Of a stretch of 64,000 bases of DNA, positions 1-13,400 are shown one piece after another. Where the stretch lies: contig OZ210885.1 of the NCBI GenBank assembly GCA_964658305.1, positions 14,012,001 to 14,076,000 on the forward strand, given 5' to 3'. Both the position numbers and the translations under genes were made by a program. Numbering within the stretch: the first letter of the stretch is position 1; the number at the start of each line of letters is the position of its first letter. Below the pieces are notes generated by a model. The model was given only the letters and a program-made list of their open reading frames with translations, had not been told where the DNA came from and ran no database searches. This stretch comes from Leptogorgia sarmentosa (lineage: Eukaryota).

Positions 1-1180
1 GACAAATCCACTTTTCCCTCCTTAGCAGTATGGTGGGATGCGGGCAAGGCCCGGCTAAAACAGCTAATGCGGAAGTTTTCTCGGGGTACAGCCCGGAGTA
101 GGCGTTCACAGGTTCATGATCTAGAAGCTCATTTAGCACAACTGTACCATTGTGAAGTGCTGGGTGACTATAACAACTTGCAGCGGTATCTTGTGGATTC
201 TTCTCCGGGCCGGGCTGTATAACATTACTATACAAACCCTGCTTTAGGATGGAGCACGTTGACAGAGACGCAGATGGACGTGCTCTCATAGCACAATTGA
301 AGCATATTGATTTTGAGTCTCTTATTCACGTTGTTAACATATATGGTCCAAATAAGAAGCTGGTGAAGATTTTTTTCCCTCCCTTCATCCAAAAATTGAT
401 CTTTCTCTTCCCACTATCCTGTGTGGCAATTTTAACGTAGCAGTAGACCCCCATGGTGACCGACTGGGTTGTAATCCTGACTCTCCTTGGGACTACAGTT
501 GGCCTGCTTCTCTATCTTCTCTGGTCGATTGGTGCGATCTGGTCAATACGTGGCAATTAACTCATCCCAACTAGACATGTTTTGGATTTTGTCTTCATTA
601 CAAAAACACGTCTCTGAGGTATCCATTCTCCCCTTTTTTCGCTCGGACCATTCTTATGTATTCCTCCGTGTGGCCTTTCCAACACTACCGGAACGAGGTC
701 CTGGGGTGTGGAAACTCAACACATCCTTGCTGCGCGATGAGACACTGTGCATGGAGGTCTGTAACTTCTGGGTCTCGTGGAAGTCCGAGAAAGATACTTT
801 CAAAGATACAAGGCTCACTTGAAAGAAATCATCCGTCGTTTTTCTCAAGGCAAGGCTCGATCAAGGTGGTCGAACATGCACGATTTGGAATCCACCCTCA
901 ATGGGTTGCTAATGGGGATGATGTGGCTCATCTAATAAAGGAACAAGAGATAAATTGGAGGTTGAGCACCACTACGCAGCAGAAGGTGCACGCATTCGGG
1001 GCAGGGAACAGTGGGCTAAGGAAGGTGAAACTTCCTCTGATCTTTTTTTTTCGGCAAGAGAAGGTGCAAGCATCACGGCGTTTGTTCACGGGTATTCGAA
1101 ATGCAAAGGGAACCATAGTGAGATCTATCACCGCAATTTTGCAGCTTTTATTGCATTTTCTATGTGCAACTTTTTACTGC
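1..1180 (+). pseudogene. Degenerate Tx1-clade ORF2 (APE endonuclease and linker) fragments; two related copies joined near 168
   Basis: Broken frames encode VVNIYGPNK, LDMFW, PFFRSDHS, RGPGVWKLN and EQWAKEGETSS, the same motifs as the fuller ORF2s at 10401 and 16427; continues the element at 61617-64000. Confidence 0.85.
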
Positions 1181-1669
1181 CTCCATTTTATCATCCTCGG
1201 ATCAGTCGTTTTGTCAAAGTTGAAAGTCGTTTTTTTCGTTTTTTGACATTTTGCCAGAATGTCACATTCACGTTGAGGCTCTAGCTGCCATTCATGCTGC
1301 AAAATCTGCTGAAAACCCTCCTCCAATATTTTTTTGATATATCAAAAAGTTTTTGATTTTTAAAAGTTTCTGCTGCCATGTTAGATAAAAAATTTCTGTT
1401 TACAATTAAAATTTTATCTAACATGGCAAATACCTCTTTGTTCTATTACTTTCATGAGGATCGTTGTAAGCCACCTAGGTATATACAACATTCATACTGA
1501 CTTTCTGACAAATTGGAAATATCATCTCCATATACATCAGTATCAGCCACAACATGCAGGGTCGGATCCAGCCTAGAATCTGACAATATCAATAATATCG
1601 AGCAGCGCAAATGTAGAGTTCCGCAAATGCCATTTCCTGCGATTTGGCACGTCAATTTTAAACAAAAAT

Positions 1670-2156
1670 TGGAGAAAATGTTTGTCGTCAATAATCTTTT
1701 TCTTTATCTTCATACAACAACTTGGAGCAAAAGGAGAAAATGTTCATTGTTAATAATCTTTATGTTTATACAACAACTTGGAGGAAAAGGAGAAAATGTT
1801 CGTTGTTAATAATCTTTATCTTCATACAACAACTTGGAGGAAAAGGAGAAAATGTTCGTTGTTAATAATCTATATCTTTATCTTCATACAACAACTGGAG
1901 GAAAAGGAGAAAATGTTCGTCGTTAATAATCTTTATCTTTATCTTGATACAACAACTTGGAGGAAAAGGATAAAATGTTGGTCGTTAATAATCTTTATCT
2001 TTATCTTCATACAACAACTTGGAGGAAAAGGAGAAAATGTTGGTTGTTAATAATCTTTATCTTTATACAACAACTTGGAGGAAAAGGAGAAAATGTTCGT
2101 CGTTAATAATCTTTATCTTCATACAACAACTTGGAGGAAAAGGAGAAAATGTTCGT
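1670..2156. repeat. Minisatellite, ~8.5 copies of a 56/62-bp unit
   Basis: Unit TAATCTTTAT(CTTTAT)CTTCATACAACAACTTGGAGGAAAAGGAGAAAATGTTCGTYGTTAA repeated head to tail. Confidence 0.95.
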
Positions 2157-3233
2157 AGTTATTTATTGAGGCTATGTAACCTTAAAATTTCTGGCTGGCT
2201 GTGTTTCAACAACGAATATGACATATTTTGACGTCACAAGCTCTCAAGGTAAACACTAACACTCAAACGTTGTTTTTACTGCCGATGATGTATCGAACTG
2301 TCAACTAAATAACTGGTGAAGTATGTGATTTACTGTAGCGTGTTTCACTATCAAGCTGTGCCAGTGTGCGTTGTTCAAACGTTCATTCGAAGGACTAATT
2401 TCAAAGCTTCGGTATAAAGCGATTTCTAAAGCATTTTCACTCACATGTTTATTACACAAAATATGAAATCCGAAAGAGTAAAAAAAAATCAAGTTCATCA
2501 GACCATTCTTAATAATAATTATTTTAATGTGAATATTCAGCCAATACATCTTATTAAACTAATTTATGCCTGTTCTGTTTTATTTGAGACACCCTGTCTA
2601 TGTATATCATCAATTCATTCAATTGCAAACTTCAAGGACTCGAAAGTCGAAACCTACTCCAGCCTGGATGGGGGGATTTAGAATAACAGTTGGAACTTTG
2701 TTGCATTACATTCCCTATATTTTCGGATTGTAATATTAGTGATCGTACAGTGAGTTTCAAAATGTGTAGCATCAACCTAGACGCATGCACAGATAGTGCA
2801 TGCCTATTTTTTTTAGTGGCACAAACATGACAGACATACTTCACAATGCAGAACACAACTATGTCCAAAACTTGAATATGACTAGCACCATCAACAATAC
2901 AGACCAACACAACATGGAAGACGATGACAACCCCCCACACCACTTTAGAAAACAATAACAATACACCCAACAAACCACTAAACTGATCACAGAACAAAAC
3001 CACCTTTATAGACGTACGACCAAAGCTACTAACATCCTTTGGGATTATATACACACTCAAACTGAAACTTAACAAACTTGAAACTAAACCGGACCAACTG
3101 ATAGAGCACAAAAATACAAGTACACTACCACCTGGACTGAAAATCAACCAGAAATGCACTTTCGAATTACATAAGCAATTTGGAGAGTGCTGGGAGAGCA
3201 CTCTAACAGATGACCCCCACGCTCTACTAGATA

Positions 3234-6215
3234 CAGTGCTGTAAGTAACTTCGTTACATTTTTCAGAAACTGTAACGGTAACTCGCTACATTTTGGGGAC
3301 ATGTAACTGTAACAGTAACTCGTTACAAAACATAGATTAAAATTGAAACGATTATGTTCGTTACAACTACAAGTTACTTTTTTGGCTTGAATCCTCGACC
3401 CGATCATCCACATAGTTCAAATGATGTAGTCTATGGATCGTCACGTGATTAGTCACGTTGTGCGCATTTCACAAATATGTGGGACAAAAATTCTAATGCA
3501 GAGGATATTATGGTAGTCGAAGCTGTTGAACAGTGAGAAGACCAAGAGCCCAGCCCTAAACCAACAAATGAGAACGTCAATGTGACCCATCTGTGGCCTT
3601 ATCTTTCCGACATGTTTGCTATAAAGTGAATAAGCAAAACAAATGCGAAGGTAACCTGTTTACTCTGTGCTCCCAAGTACAAGGAATGCAGTTCAAGTTT
3701 GTCTTCTTTGTCGAATTTGCAGACACACGTCAAGGTAGGAATTTTCAGAATTTAACAAACAAAAATTCATAGTTAACTATGAATAGTTTTATTAGTTTTA
3801 TTTTATTTAAATATTTATAACAGTATAACAATGACACAATGTTGTATTTCCGATTACTATTACATTTACTGAGCCAGTCATAAAAATCACATAAAAGTCG
3901 CATCGGAATGAATAATGAGTAATATTGTGAACAGGACATCAGTTACGACCTTACCGACACATAGGCCCTGTGTCTTCCCTACGTATATCTGACCCCTTGA
4001 TTAAATGAAAGAATGATAGATGTACATATTCCATTCTGTTGTTTAATATTATTGCATAATTTAATACTTTAGAGAGTTCATCAACATAAATTACCTGCCT
4101 TCAACAGGCTATGTGATGAGGCTAAAAGAAAAATGCGTTCAATGACAAGGAGATGGACTGATAGTGATTCCGGAGACAGTGGAGCACCATCTGCTCCTAA
4201 ACAACAAAAGCTGGATACTGTGCTTTCCTCTAAAGTCAAGTACAATGCCAATATGGTTACCCAAGCCCAAGTGGATAATTTGCTGATTAAGTTCATGACA
4301 GAAGCTGTTATGCCGTTTTCATTGGTTGAACAGCCTGCATTTAAAGAATTTGTCTTAAGCCAAATCGATCAGTTATGTGCAGAGCTACAGTGGTACGGCA
4401 AATCAATGACAAAGCCAGTCTAGTGAAGAAAAATTTGAAAGAAACCACGGATAAAGTGGAATATGTTGCAACAACTACGGATTGTTGGAGTGCTCATGGT
4501 CGTTCATTCATGGGGGTAACTGGACATTGGATTGATCCTGAAACTTTGGAGAGAAAAAGTTGTGTTCTTGCTTGTCGGCATCTCAAAGGTAGAAACACAT
4601 ATGATGTACTTGCTAGCCAGTTGGAAGACATTCATAGAGAATTTGAAATAAGATCCAAAGTTTCTAAAACCACTAGAGACAATGGGTCAAACTTTGTAAA
4701 AGCCCTCTCTGTTTTGCTGACAAAGACCAAGAAAATCGTGATGATCCAGATACAGATGAAGAGTGTCAATTTGAAGATGTCTTTGATGACTTAACGCAGG
4801 CAAGCGCATGTCTAGAGTATCAGCTTCCACCGCATCAACGTTGTGCAGCACATTCTCTCAATCTTATTTCAACAGCTGATGCAGAGAAAGCTGAGGCTGA
4901 TGGAAACTACAAACGACTTAGCAGGAGTACCTTTGCAAAGTGTTCCAGCCTCTGGAATAAGAGCTCTCGCTCTGTTCAAGTTGCAGAAATGGTTGAAGAG
5001 AAGTGTGGCTTAAGTCTGATCAAACCAAATGCAACTCGATGGAATTCAATTTTCATGGCTGTCCAGCGCATCCTAAGTACACTATATATAATTGTAACTA
5101 AACACTCAGCATATTACATAGATTAGTTGAATTTAATGAGCTAAGTGTATTTGTTTCAAACCTTTCTGTTTAGATTTAAAACTGCAGAAATTGCATTCCT
5201 TAGTCATTATGCTCAAGTCATGAAACCAGTAGCACAAGCAATTAACATTCTACAGGGAGAAACAAACCACTCAAATGCCTACATGGGTTATCTAGCACCA
5301 ACAATAACTGTACTGAGAGATAAGCTTTCAAAGAAGTTGGATATTCCAGCTATGAAACCACTGGTCCAAGCACTATTAAATGGAATTGATAAGCAATTTG
5401 ATTCCATGCTAAATGACAAAAAGATCATTGCTGCTGCAATTCTTCACCCCAAATTTAAAGAAAGCTGGGCTACTGATTCTGATGTTATTGAAAGAGGTAA
5501 CAAATACAATATGTATAACTTGAATATGAAGTAAATTAGTAAGTATCCCTATTATAGACAGCATGGGTTTATTTGTGGGATTTGTTTATAAATTTTAGGC
5601 ATCTCCTTCATAAATGAGAAATTAGAAGGTATGATACAACCAGTGCTTGATGAACATGGACAGTCCTCTTCAGAGGATCAAGATGAGAGTGAGGCAGATT
5701 TCTTCCAAGCTAAAAACAGGAGATCAAGCGATTGTACTTTAAAGTCATTTCTTCATAGTCCTGTTGAAAAACTTTGTGAATATACAAGATGGCCCTTGCT
5801 TCGCAAACTCTTTATTGAACTCAACACACCTTTGCCAGCCAACCTTTGAAAATTGCATCCTGGTGAAATGCAATGAAGACTTTGTTTGAAGATGTGATAT
5901 ACACATTATACACATTTTGTATGACACATGTTGAAATTTTTAAATTTGCAGTGTTGTGAGTGGTTGAATATGAATAAAGAATTTGTTTGAAATCTGTGCT
6001 GACTGTATCGATGCGGCATTTGGTACGACAAAGTTGTACGCAGAAGTCCACAGAAAATACACAAAAAATACACAAAAGTCCGTGACTTAGTAACTCAGTC
6101 AGTTTAAATAATTTTAATCAATATAAAAGGTAACTTGTAACTAAGTTACAAAAAATACATTGTAACTTTGTAACTGTAACTAGTTACAAATAAAATGTAA
6201 CTGGTTACAGCACTG
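3234..6215 (+). mobile_element. hAT-superfamily DNA transposon (complete ends, defective transposase)
   Basis: TIR CAGTGCTGTAA at 3234 and TTACAGCACTG ending at 6215; 8-bp TSD ACTAGATA (3226-3233, 6216-6223); many subterminal GTAAC/GTTAC repeats. Confidence 0.95.
3509..5849 (+). pseudogene. Intron-containing hAT transposase (BED finger plus catalytic domain) with stops and frameshifts
   Basis: BED-like WPYL..CLLC..SNLQTHVK; TTDCWS, TTRDNGSNFVKA, RCAAHSLNL, TRWNS, AAILHPKFK; apparent GT-AG introns at about 3735-4072, 5077-5173 and 5497-5598. Confidence 0.85.
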
Positions 6216-7049
6216 ACTAGATATCACAATCGCCTATCACCAACACATGATTAAAGATACAAAACACAAACTACAACACAGGACAGACCAACTTAAAATA
6301 AAATTCAACGAAAAAACACAGCACAGAAAATAATAGACAAAACCAATGAACTTTGCTTAAAATACACAACAAGACACTTACAACAATAACTACCAAACAA
6401 ACCACAAAAAGATTACAGGATACAAAAATCACGACCAAACACAAATTGCCTAACAACATAACCAAACACACTAAAAAAACAATAAATGGACTGAAAAGAA
6501 TCCAACAACCAAGAAAAACACTCACATAGACCGACACAACATCAAACAAACCCTTACAGACGACATATGCAGAACTTCTGTTTCCAAACTTGGTAATTTC
6601 CTTATTTTTTTTTTTGACTGGAATTTCCTTTAAAAATTCCTTCAAATTTCCTTCTCAAGATCAGTGTTCAACAAAGAAAATGTGTGATTTACCAGTATGG
6701 AATGTAATGACAAAACCCCTTAAAAATTGATAAAATATATTGGTGCACAAATATAAAAATAGATGATATCGGTGCACAGGAAGCACAGTAAGAGAAATGA
6801 ATATTTGGTGTTCATTGTTCAACTTCACTAATTCATTTTTGGGTTTTGGTTTATTATAACATGAAGTACTCTGACTGCAACAGCTGTGCATATGTAAGAA
6901 CTAAGCACTAATAATTATGCAAATATGGTGCAAATTGGCGTAAATCATAGATATAGGAAGCCTAGATTGCTGAGTGTAGAATAATTATATGCTGACGCAT
7001 GTGGCAAACAGAGGCGGACTGGCCCACCGGGAAGCCGGGAAATTTCCCG

Positions 7050-7250
7050 TGAGATTTACATACTTTGATTTTTGTTAATCCCTATTGAACATGCGGGTCG
7101 AGAATTGTAGGAACGTGCAAACACGGTGCAGTCCGAGAGATCGATCGATCCATCTATCCACAGACAGACAAACTCATCCCCATGCATTCGTTCCACAAGC
7201 ATTCCTCGCCGTTGCAGCGTATAAAAGGTAATCGTATGCGCCATGAAGTC
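7050..7250 (+). promoter_or_regulatory. U1 snRNA upstream/promoter region with TATAAAA at about -31
   Basis: Same block precedes the U1 starts at 41184 and 53610, and its last ~30 bp precede 58246; TATAAAA at 7220-7226. Confidence 0.7.
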
Positions 7251-7414
7251 ATACTTACCTGACGCGAGAGGCACCTTGATCAACTAGGAGGTCCTCTCAG
7301 GATGAGGCCCTTTCATTGCACTTCGACTGGGTTGACTCCTGCGATTACCCCTAATGTGGGTAACTCGAGCGTATAATTTCTGGTAGTGGGGACCTGCGTT
7401 CGCGCTCGTCCCCT
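7251..7414 (+). ncRNA. U1: U1 spliceosomal snRNA, intact, 164 nt
   Basis: 5' ATACTTACCTG; SL1 loop GATCA; SL2 ATTGCAC; Sm site AATTTCTGG; terminal hairpin with TTCG loop. Confidence 0.97.
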
Positions 7415-8113
7415 TTATCCCCATCTTATTATTCTCATTTCAATACTCAAAACTGCCAATATAAGTGTCGTCGAGCATGCTAGTATATTGACGAGACAAC
7501 AATTCCATGTAGTCTTCACACTGCAGGCCGGCCGCGTGTTTCACGAACACGTGTAACTCGATACTACATCGCGGTCATTCGAAACTAATACACAACCATG
7601 CAATCAACATTGGATTACTCACGCCTTGTTATAGGCAAGAATGAATGAATGAATGAGTGAGTCAATCGATACACGCGTTGCCAACCGATCATGCATCTTA
7701 TACTAGGCTTATGTTAAACAACCATTTCCAATTCAAATGCACTTGTCATTTCTCCAACCGAAGCGCAACCGGACACGCTTCGTTCAACTCAATGCATGTC
7801 CGTCATTTGCCATTCGCGAATCGGTCGCGGAGCCGGCGAATTGGAAAAAGCGCCACGTGCGCCTGCCAAAAAATCGCCAGAAATTCGCGGAGAACACGCG
7901 TGCGTCGCGAGCAGTTTCGCGCGTGCACCCGAATTAATTAGCAGCGCACAAACGATCGATTGTACGCGTCATCAATGCCGCGTGCCACAACGTTTGCGGC
8001 TCGTTTCGCTTGCGATTTCACGGCCGCGGCTGCTAATGGCGGCGCGGAGGAGGACCGCATTTTTTCACCTTGCTTTTCTCGCTTAAAAGATGGCGTGGAA
8101 CGGCGAAGAAGGC
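7415..8113 (+). promoter_or_regulatory. U1-U2 intergenic spacer containing the U2 promoter
   Basis: Closely repeated at 33710-34391 between a U1 end and a U2 start; TTAAAA at about -31 of U2. Confidence 0.75.
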
Positions 8114-8140
8114 ATCGCTTCTCGGCCTTTTGGCTAAGAT
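8114..8140 (+). ncRNA. U2: U2 snRNA 5' part (nt 1-27), interrupted by Tx1 element A
   Basis: ATCGCTTCTCGGCCTTTTGGCTAAGAT is the universal U2 5' end. Confidence 0.95.
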
Positions 8141-9031
8141 ATTCTGGCTGTTGGTGAAGAAGATTAAGCTAAAAGAAGAAGAAGAAGAAGACAGAAGAAG
8201 AAGACAAGAAGAACGAAGATCAAGCCTGGTGAAGAAGATCGCTCCCTGCTGGTCTTGGTGTCCAGTCATTGGTTTCCTGTAGTTGTGCCTGTTTGAGGAG
8301 CCCTCTAGGGGGTAAGGCGGCGGACTTGTTTCCACCTTGCGTTGTTGCATCTGGACAGGTGGAAGTGCTTGACTGAAGCCTGTCACTCTCTGTTTCCTTC
8401 TCTGTATCTGTCCACGGGGGTTGGAAACCCTCCGTTATTTCTCTCCACATTTTATTTTTGATTGAGAGGCATTTTGTCCTCTGTTAGGAATTAATTTTTT
8501 TGTTTTTGTCCTCGTTTAGAAATTAACTTTTGTTTTTATTTTTGTTTTTGCTTTGAGGCTGTTGGTCCTCGTTTAGGGTTTTTTCTTCGAGGCATCTAGT
8601 CCTCGATTAGGTATAGTATTTTTTGTTTCGAGGCTGTTGGTCCTCGTTTAGGGTTTTTTCTTTTGAGGCATCTGGTCCTCGATTAGGTATAGTATTTTCT
8701 GTTTCGAGGCTGTTGGTCCTCGTTTTGGATTTATTATTACTAGGTTTTCTAAGTACGTTCTCTCGAAGCTTTAGGTCTTCGTGGAACAATTTAGGACATT
8801 TATTTTGTTGCGAGGCTGTTAGTCCTCGTTTAGAAATAGTTGGTTAATTTTTATTTTTTATTTTTTCTTCTTTAGAGTGTTACATTAAATTCCCTACATT
8901 ACTAGTTACTCTAGGTGAGTCAATGGTTCTCATCCTTTTCTTTCCGTCTGTAGTGGCTTAACTAGTTAAGTCACAGTACAGCTTTTTCTTCCTATCTAAA
9001 AATAGTGTAAAAATTTATAAAAAGTATTAAA

Positions 9032-10393
9032 ATGCGAATACCATTCGCCAATCGTACGGCAGATGTTGATCTGCCCTTAGCAGAAGGGCAGGCCAAAGTC
9101 AGCATCAAGGCCATAGTTGATTCTTTCTGGGACCAAGTCCCAAGTAATTTTGAGGCTTTGTTTGAAGCCTTCGTGCTACTATCACCTAGGAAGGTGAGAG
9201 TAACATGTCGAACCGAAAGAGCCCTAGAAGAAGTATCCCATTTAGGTCTCTCTTTCCACAACACCCCGGTCAAATTTAATCCATGCTGATCTGCCAAGTG
9301 GGTGACCATCACCCGACTTAGTTATGGAATACCAAATGAGGCCATTGAAGAGGCTCTTAAGCCATATGGCAAAATAATTAATATAAAGGCCGATACATAC
9401 AAAGGTGTGCATATAGGTATCAGGCATGCCTTAATTGAGATTAAAACGCCAATTCCGTCATCCATTCGGGTGGCAGACCATTGGTGCAACACCTTCTACC
9501 CTGGGCAAATTCCCACTTGCTTTAAGTGTAATAAAACGGGTCATACGAGGGCGCAATGCCCACAGGTCACTCAAGGTCAGACAACCACCTCTACTGAAAA
9601 CGCTGGAAAGGCAAGTGAACAGCAACCTGAACGAAGAGAGGCTGTACCTCCTCGTCGTCCTATTCCGACTTCATTCGCTGAAGCGGTTCAGCAAGGGCTA
9701 CAGGGCCCTAATACTGATGAAAGTAACACCCCAACTGCAGGTACTGTGCCGGCTTCTGATGTGACAGGTACGGCTACAGAGGTTAGCGAGCAACCGATGA
9801 ATGAGCCAGTAGTAAAGGTTGCCACCTTGGCAAATAAACAAGCCAAGCCTCCAGAGAGAGAGGATAATGTTGAGGGAAAGACACCATCAAAAGCGTCTAC
9901 CTCTTCTACCAAAAGACCACGGTGTGAAGTGAGTAGCACCGACAGTTCCGACAGTTCGGACAGTTCGGACAGCTCAGAAGAGCAGGAAGGCAGGGAGGAA
10001 GTGGCAGGTAGTGTTAAGTCTACTAGGCTTGACCCTTCCCAAGATCTCTTTAAAACTCCTGCTGAACTACTCCCTTTACCTCCAGAGGATGAAAATGAGG
10101 AGTCAAGCCAGCTTGACACCAATGACAACCAAAAGGAAACGACTTTAGAAACCCCCCAGGATCCCGACAATGATGGAAAACATATGCAAACGTCCCAGGC
10201 TACTGATTCTATGGAATTCCCTTTGACCCAACGCACTCAGGTGAAGTTGCCTTCGGTAAAACAAGTCTCTCCGACTTCTTCCGCTGATTTCGATTTGTTC
10301 TCCTCAAAAAAGACACGGCCGCGACCAGTCTTTGGCTCTGGCCGCACAACTCGCTCTCGTAAACTTTTGTTGAGGAGGGATTCTGTTGCGTGA
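9032..10393 (+). pseudogene. Element A ORF1 (RRM-like region, CCHC knuckle, disordered tail); one in-frame TGA at 9287
   Basis: ORFs 9032-9289 and 9302-10393 are in the same frame; YPGQIPTCFKCNKTGHTRAQCP. Confidence 0.88.
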
Positions 10394-10400
10394 TTTTTCA

Positions 10401-13400
10401 ATGGAAAGCGTTGAAATAATTTCTTTAAATTGTCAGGGTTTACGTTCCGTAGACAATCGGGACACGTTATTTTCATGGTTAAATTGCTGCAAAGCAGATT
10501 TTTCGTGTCTCCAAGAAACGCATGCAGTTTCAGAGGAAGAGATGTCATCATGGCTAAAATCCGCAAAGGATAACGGTATTCTCCGCAAGGAGTATGATTG
10601 TATTTCGTCCCCAGGAACAAATAGGAGTAGTGGGGTGGCCATTCTTTATCTGAGCAAGTACGAGCTTTCTTCTTGTGCTCGTGATGACAGTGGACGGATG
10701 GTTTCTGCCAGATTTTCTAGTGGGATATTTGAATTCCAGCTATGCAATATATATGGGCCTAATAAAGCAAAGGAAGGTGACGCCTTTTTTGAAAATTTAT
10801 ATGCGGTTTTGCCCCCCGACCTACCTGTGATTTTATGTGGGGATTTCAACACTGTAGTAGACCCCAATAAAGACCGTAGGGGCTGTAACCCATTTTCGAT
10901 CTGGGCATATAACTGGTCCCAAACATTATCGAACCTCATGTCCTCATACGACTTACACGATGCTTGGCGAACTAAATATCCTGAGGCGGTGGAATTCACA
11001 TGGCAACGTCCAAATAATCGTCAGGCCAGCGGCCTGGATATGTTCTGGGTATCTAGCTTTTTTCTACAATTAATTTTAACGGTAGGAATTCTCCCCTTTT
11101 TTCGTTCAGATCATTCATATATTCATATGAAATTTTCGGTGCCAACCACAGCAAATCGGGGTCCTGGGATCTGGACATTTAATACTAGCCTTTTAAAAGA
11201 CTTGAATTTTATTTTAATGGTTACCCAGTTCTGGGAATCATGGCAAAAGGAAAAAAATTCGTTCTTCTCCTTGTCTGCGTGGTGGGATGCGGGGAAAGCG
11301 AGATTACGCAGCAAAATCCGTACCTATTCCAGGAAGAAGGCTTCCACATCTCGAAAGTACATAAGAACGCTTGAAAATACACTCTTTTTCCTGAAGCGTA
11401 GAGCAGAAAAGGGGGAAGAGGTGAATGGCTTAATAGCAGACACTCAAGCCGAACTAGAAGAGGCTCATCGCCAGAAAGCTCGTGGAGCACGCATCAGAGC
11501 AAAGGTGCAGTGGGCTGAGGAGGGAGAGATCTCCTCCGCTTATTTTTTCAGGTTAGAAAAGAAAAGGGGGGAACAACGCCTCTTTACAGCCATCAAGGAG
11601 GTGTCGGGTCGGGTAGTTCGGTCACTGGCAGCCATTGCTGCGGCATGGGTAACCTTTTACACCACGCTATTCACGGCAATAATACTGGATTCAAAGGAGC
11701 AGGACTTCTTTTTGAACCAAATAGTAGACAAACTAACGTCAATTCAGGCACAGAGTTGCGAAGGGGAGCTCTCGTTAGAGGAATGTAAGAAGGCACTAGA
11801 CGGTATGGCACCTTCAAAATCGCCGGGAATTGATGGCTTCCCAGCTGAATTCTACCAGTGTTTTTGGCCACTCATTGGCCATGACTACGTTCAGGTCATG
11901 AACGGCTGTTACCAGGCCGGCATGCTGTCTGCCTCTCAGAGACAAGGCGTAATCACTCTATTGTATAAACGAGGTGATAGACTGGAGATGAAAAATTGGC
12001 GCCCTATTACACTACTGTGTGTCGATTACAAAATAGCTGCGAAGGCAATTGCCAATCGTCTTTTGAGGGTATTAGACACGCTGGTCCACACAGATCAGAC
12101 GTGCGGCATTCCAGGTCGGAGCCCGGTTGTCAACAATCGCCTGCTTTGTGACATTGTACAGGATGTCAACAAGCGGAAAGTAGGGGGGGCGATCCTCTCA
12201 TTAGACCAAGAAAAAGCTTTTGATCGGGTCGAGTGGTCATATCTCCAGGGGGTGCTGGAAAGCATGCAGTTTGGCGTATCCTTTAGGGGTTGGATACAGC
12301 TCTTTTATAATAATATTTTCTCCTGTGTTCTGGTTAACGGAACGCCATCTACCTTTTTTTCTGTGAGTCGAGGAGTGCATCAAGGCTGCCCTTTGTCGCC
12401 TTTATTGTATGTTTTAATGGCAGAAACATTGGCATGTGCAATTCGAGCGCACCCATCGATAGATGGGATTCCCTTACCCCGAACTCGGAGAGCGAAGATC
12501 TGCCAGTATGCTGACGATACGTCCATCATAGTGATGTCTGACACTGCCTTAACGGCGGTATTTTCAGTGTTTGGACGATATGAAAAGGCCTCAGGGGCGA
12601 AATTGAACGTTGCAAAGTCACACGGCTTGCTCATGGGAACATGGATTGACCGCACCAACTTACCTGTTGCCCTTGATTGGTCATCAACCAGTATCACCAT
12701 CATAGGATCAACAATTTCGAACCAGTCGGAGGAGAAAGACTGGGAGGCGAGAGTTTGCAAGCTCACAGAGCTGCTTGCCTCATGGCAGAATCGGCAACTT
12801 TCTTTTCATGGGCGGGCTCTAGTGGTCAATATGCTCGGGCTCAGCAAATTCTGGTACCATGCGTCGTTTTTGTGTTTGCGAGACCAAGTGGCGACTGACA
12901 TAGAGAAGCTGGTGTTTCCCTATGTGTGGAGGAAGAAGCGAGAAGGGATAGTTAGATCTTCGGTGAAGCAACGGTTTGGGCAGGGGGGACTGGGATTGAT
13001 AGATGTAAGGAGAAAGGCCGCCTCACTGCATGCAATGTGGATCCGTAGGCTAATCGAAAATCCAGAGGCTATGTGGAATTTCTTTTTCTTATATCATTTG
13101 CGCATAGCATTTACTGGGTGAAAGTTGGAAGACATCCTTCTGATGTCTTCACCTCCTCCACAGGACACTCTCCCTCCTTTCTACCAGTCGGTCATGAGGG
13201 CGTGGTTCCGACTGGATCGTGGAAAGGTAGATGGCGTAATTGTCGTGAAAACTCGCGGAGGTAGCATTCTTCCATTGACAGACTTGACTGCCAGTTTTGT
13301 TTATAGGGCTCTCTCTAGTATAGATCGGGAAGAGCACAAATGTGTAAAGAAATTTCAAACATGGGGACTAGAAGTAGAGTGGCGGACAGTTTGGGCCAAC

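Noticed and set aside
1670..2156. CRISPR-like array or repeat-protein ORFs
   Set aside because: Units are contiguous with no unique spacers, the context is eukaryotic, and the ORFs are translations of a minisatellite
2820..6580. C/A-rich segments flanking the hAT (2820-3233, 6216-6580) with minus-strand hydrophobic ORFs
   Set aside because: Compositional artefact; possibly a very decayed LINE, but no motif is convincing
7009..7049. Possible hAT/MITE terminus CAGAGGCGGACTGGCCC next to the U1 promoter
   Set aside because: No partner TIR or TSD found
8150..8170. Pairing of U2-type element 5' ends with U2 nt 1-14 (GGTGAAGAAGAT in A; GCTGAGAA in C)
   Set aside because: Short or interrupted and not consistent between families, unlike the U1 case
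7657..8282. Short ORFs duplicated at 33958-34364
   Set aside because: They lie in the GC-rich U2 promoter/spacer and are repeated because the spacer is; indels between copies break the frames
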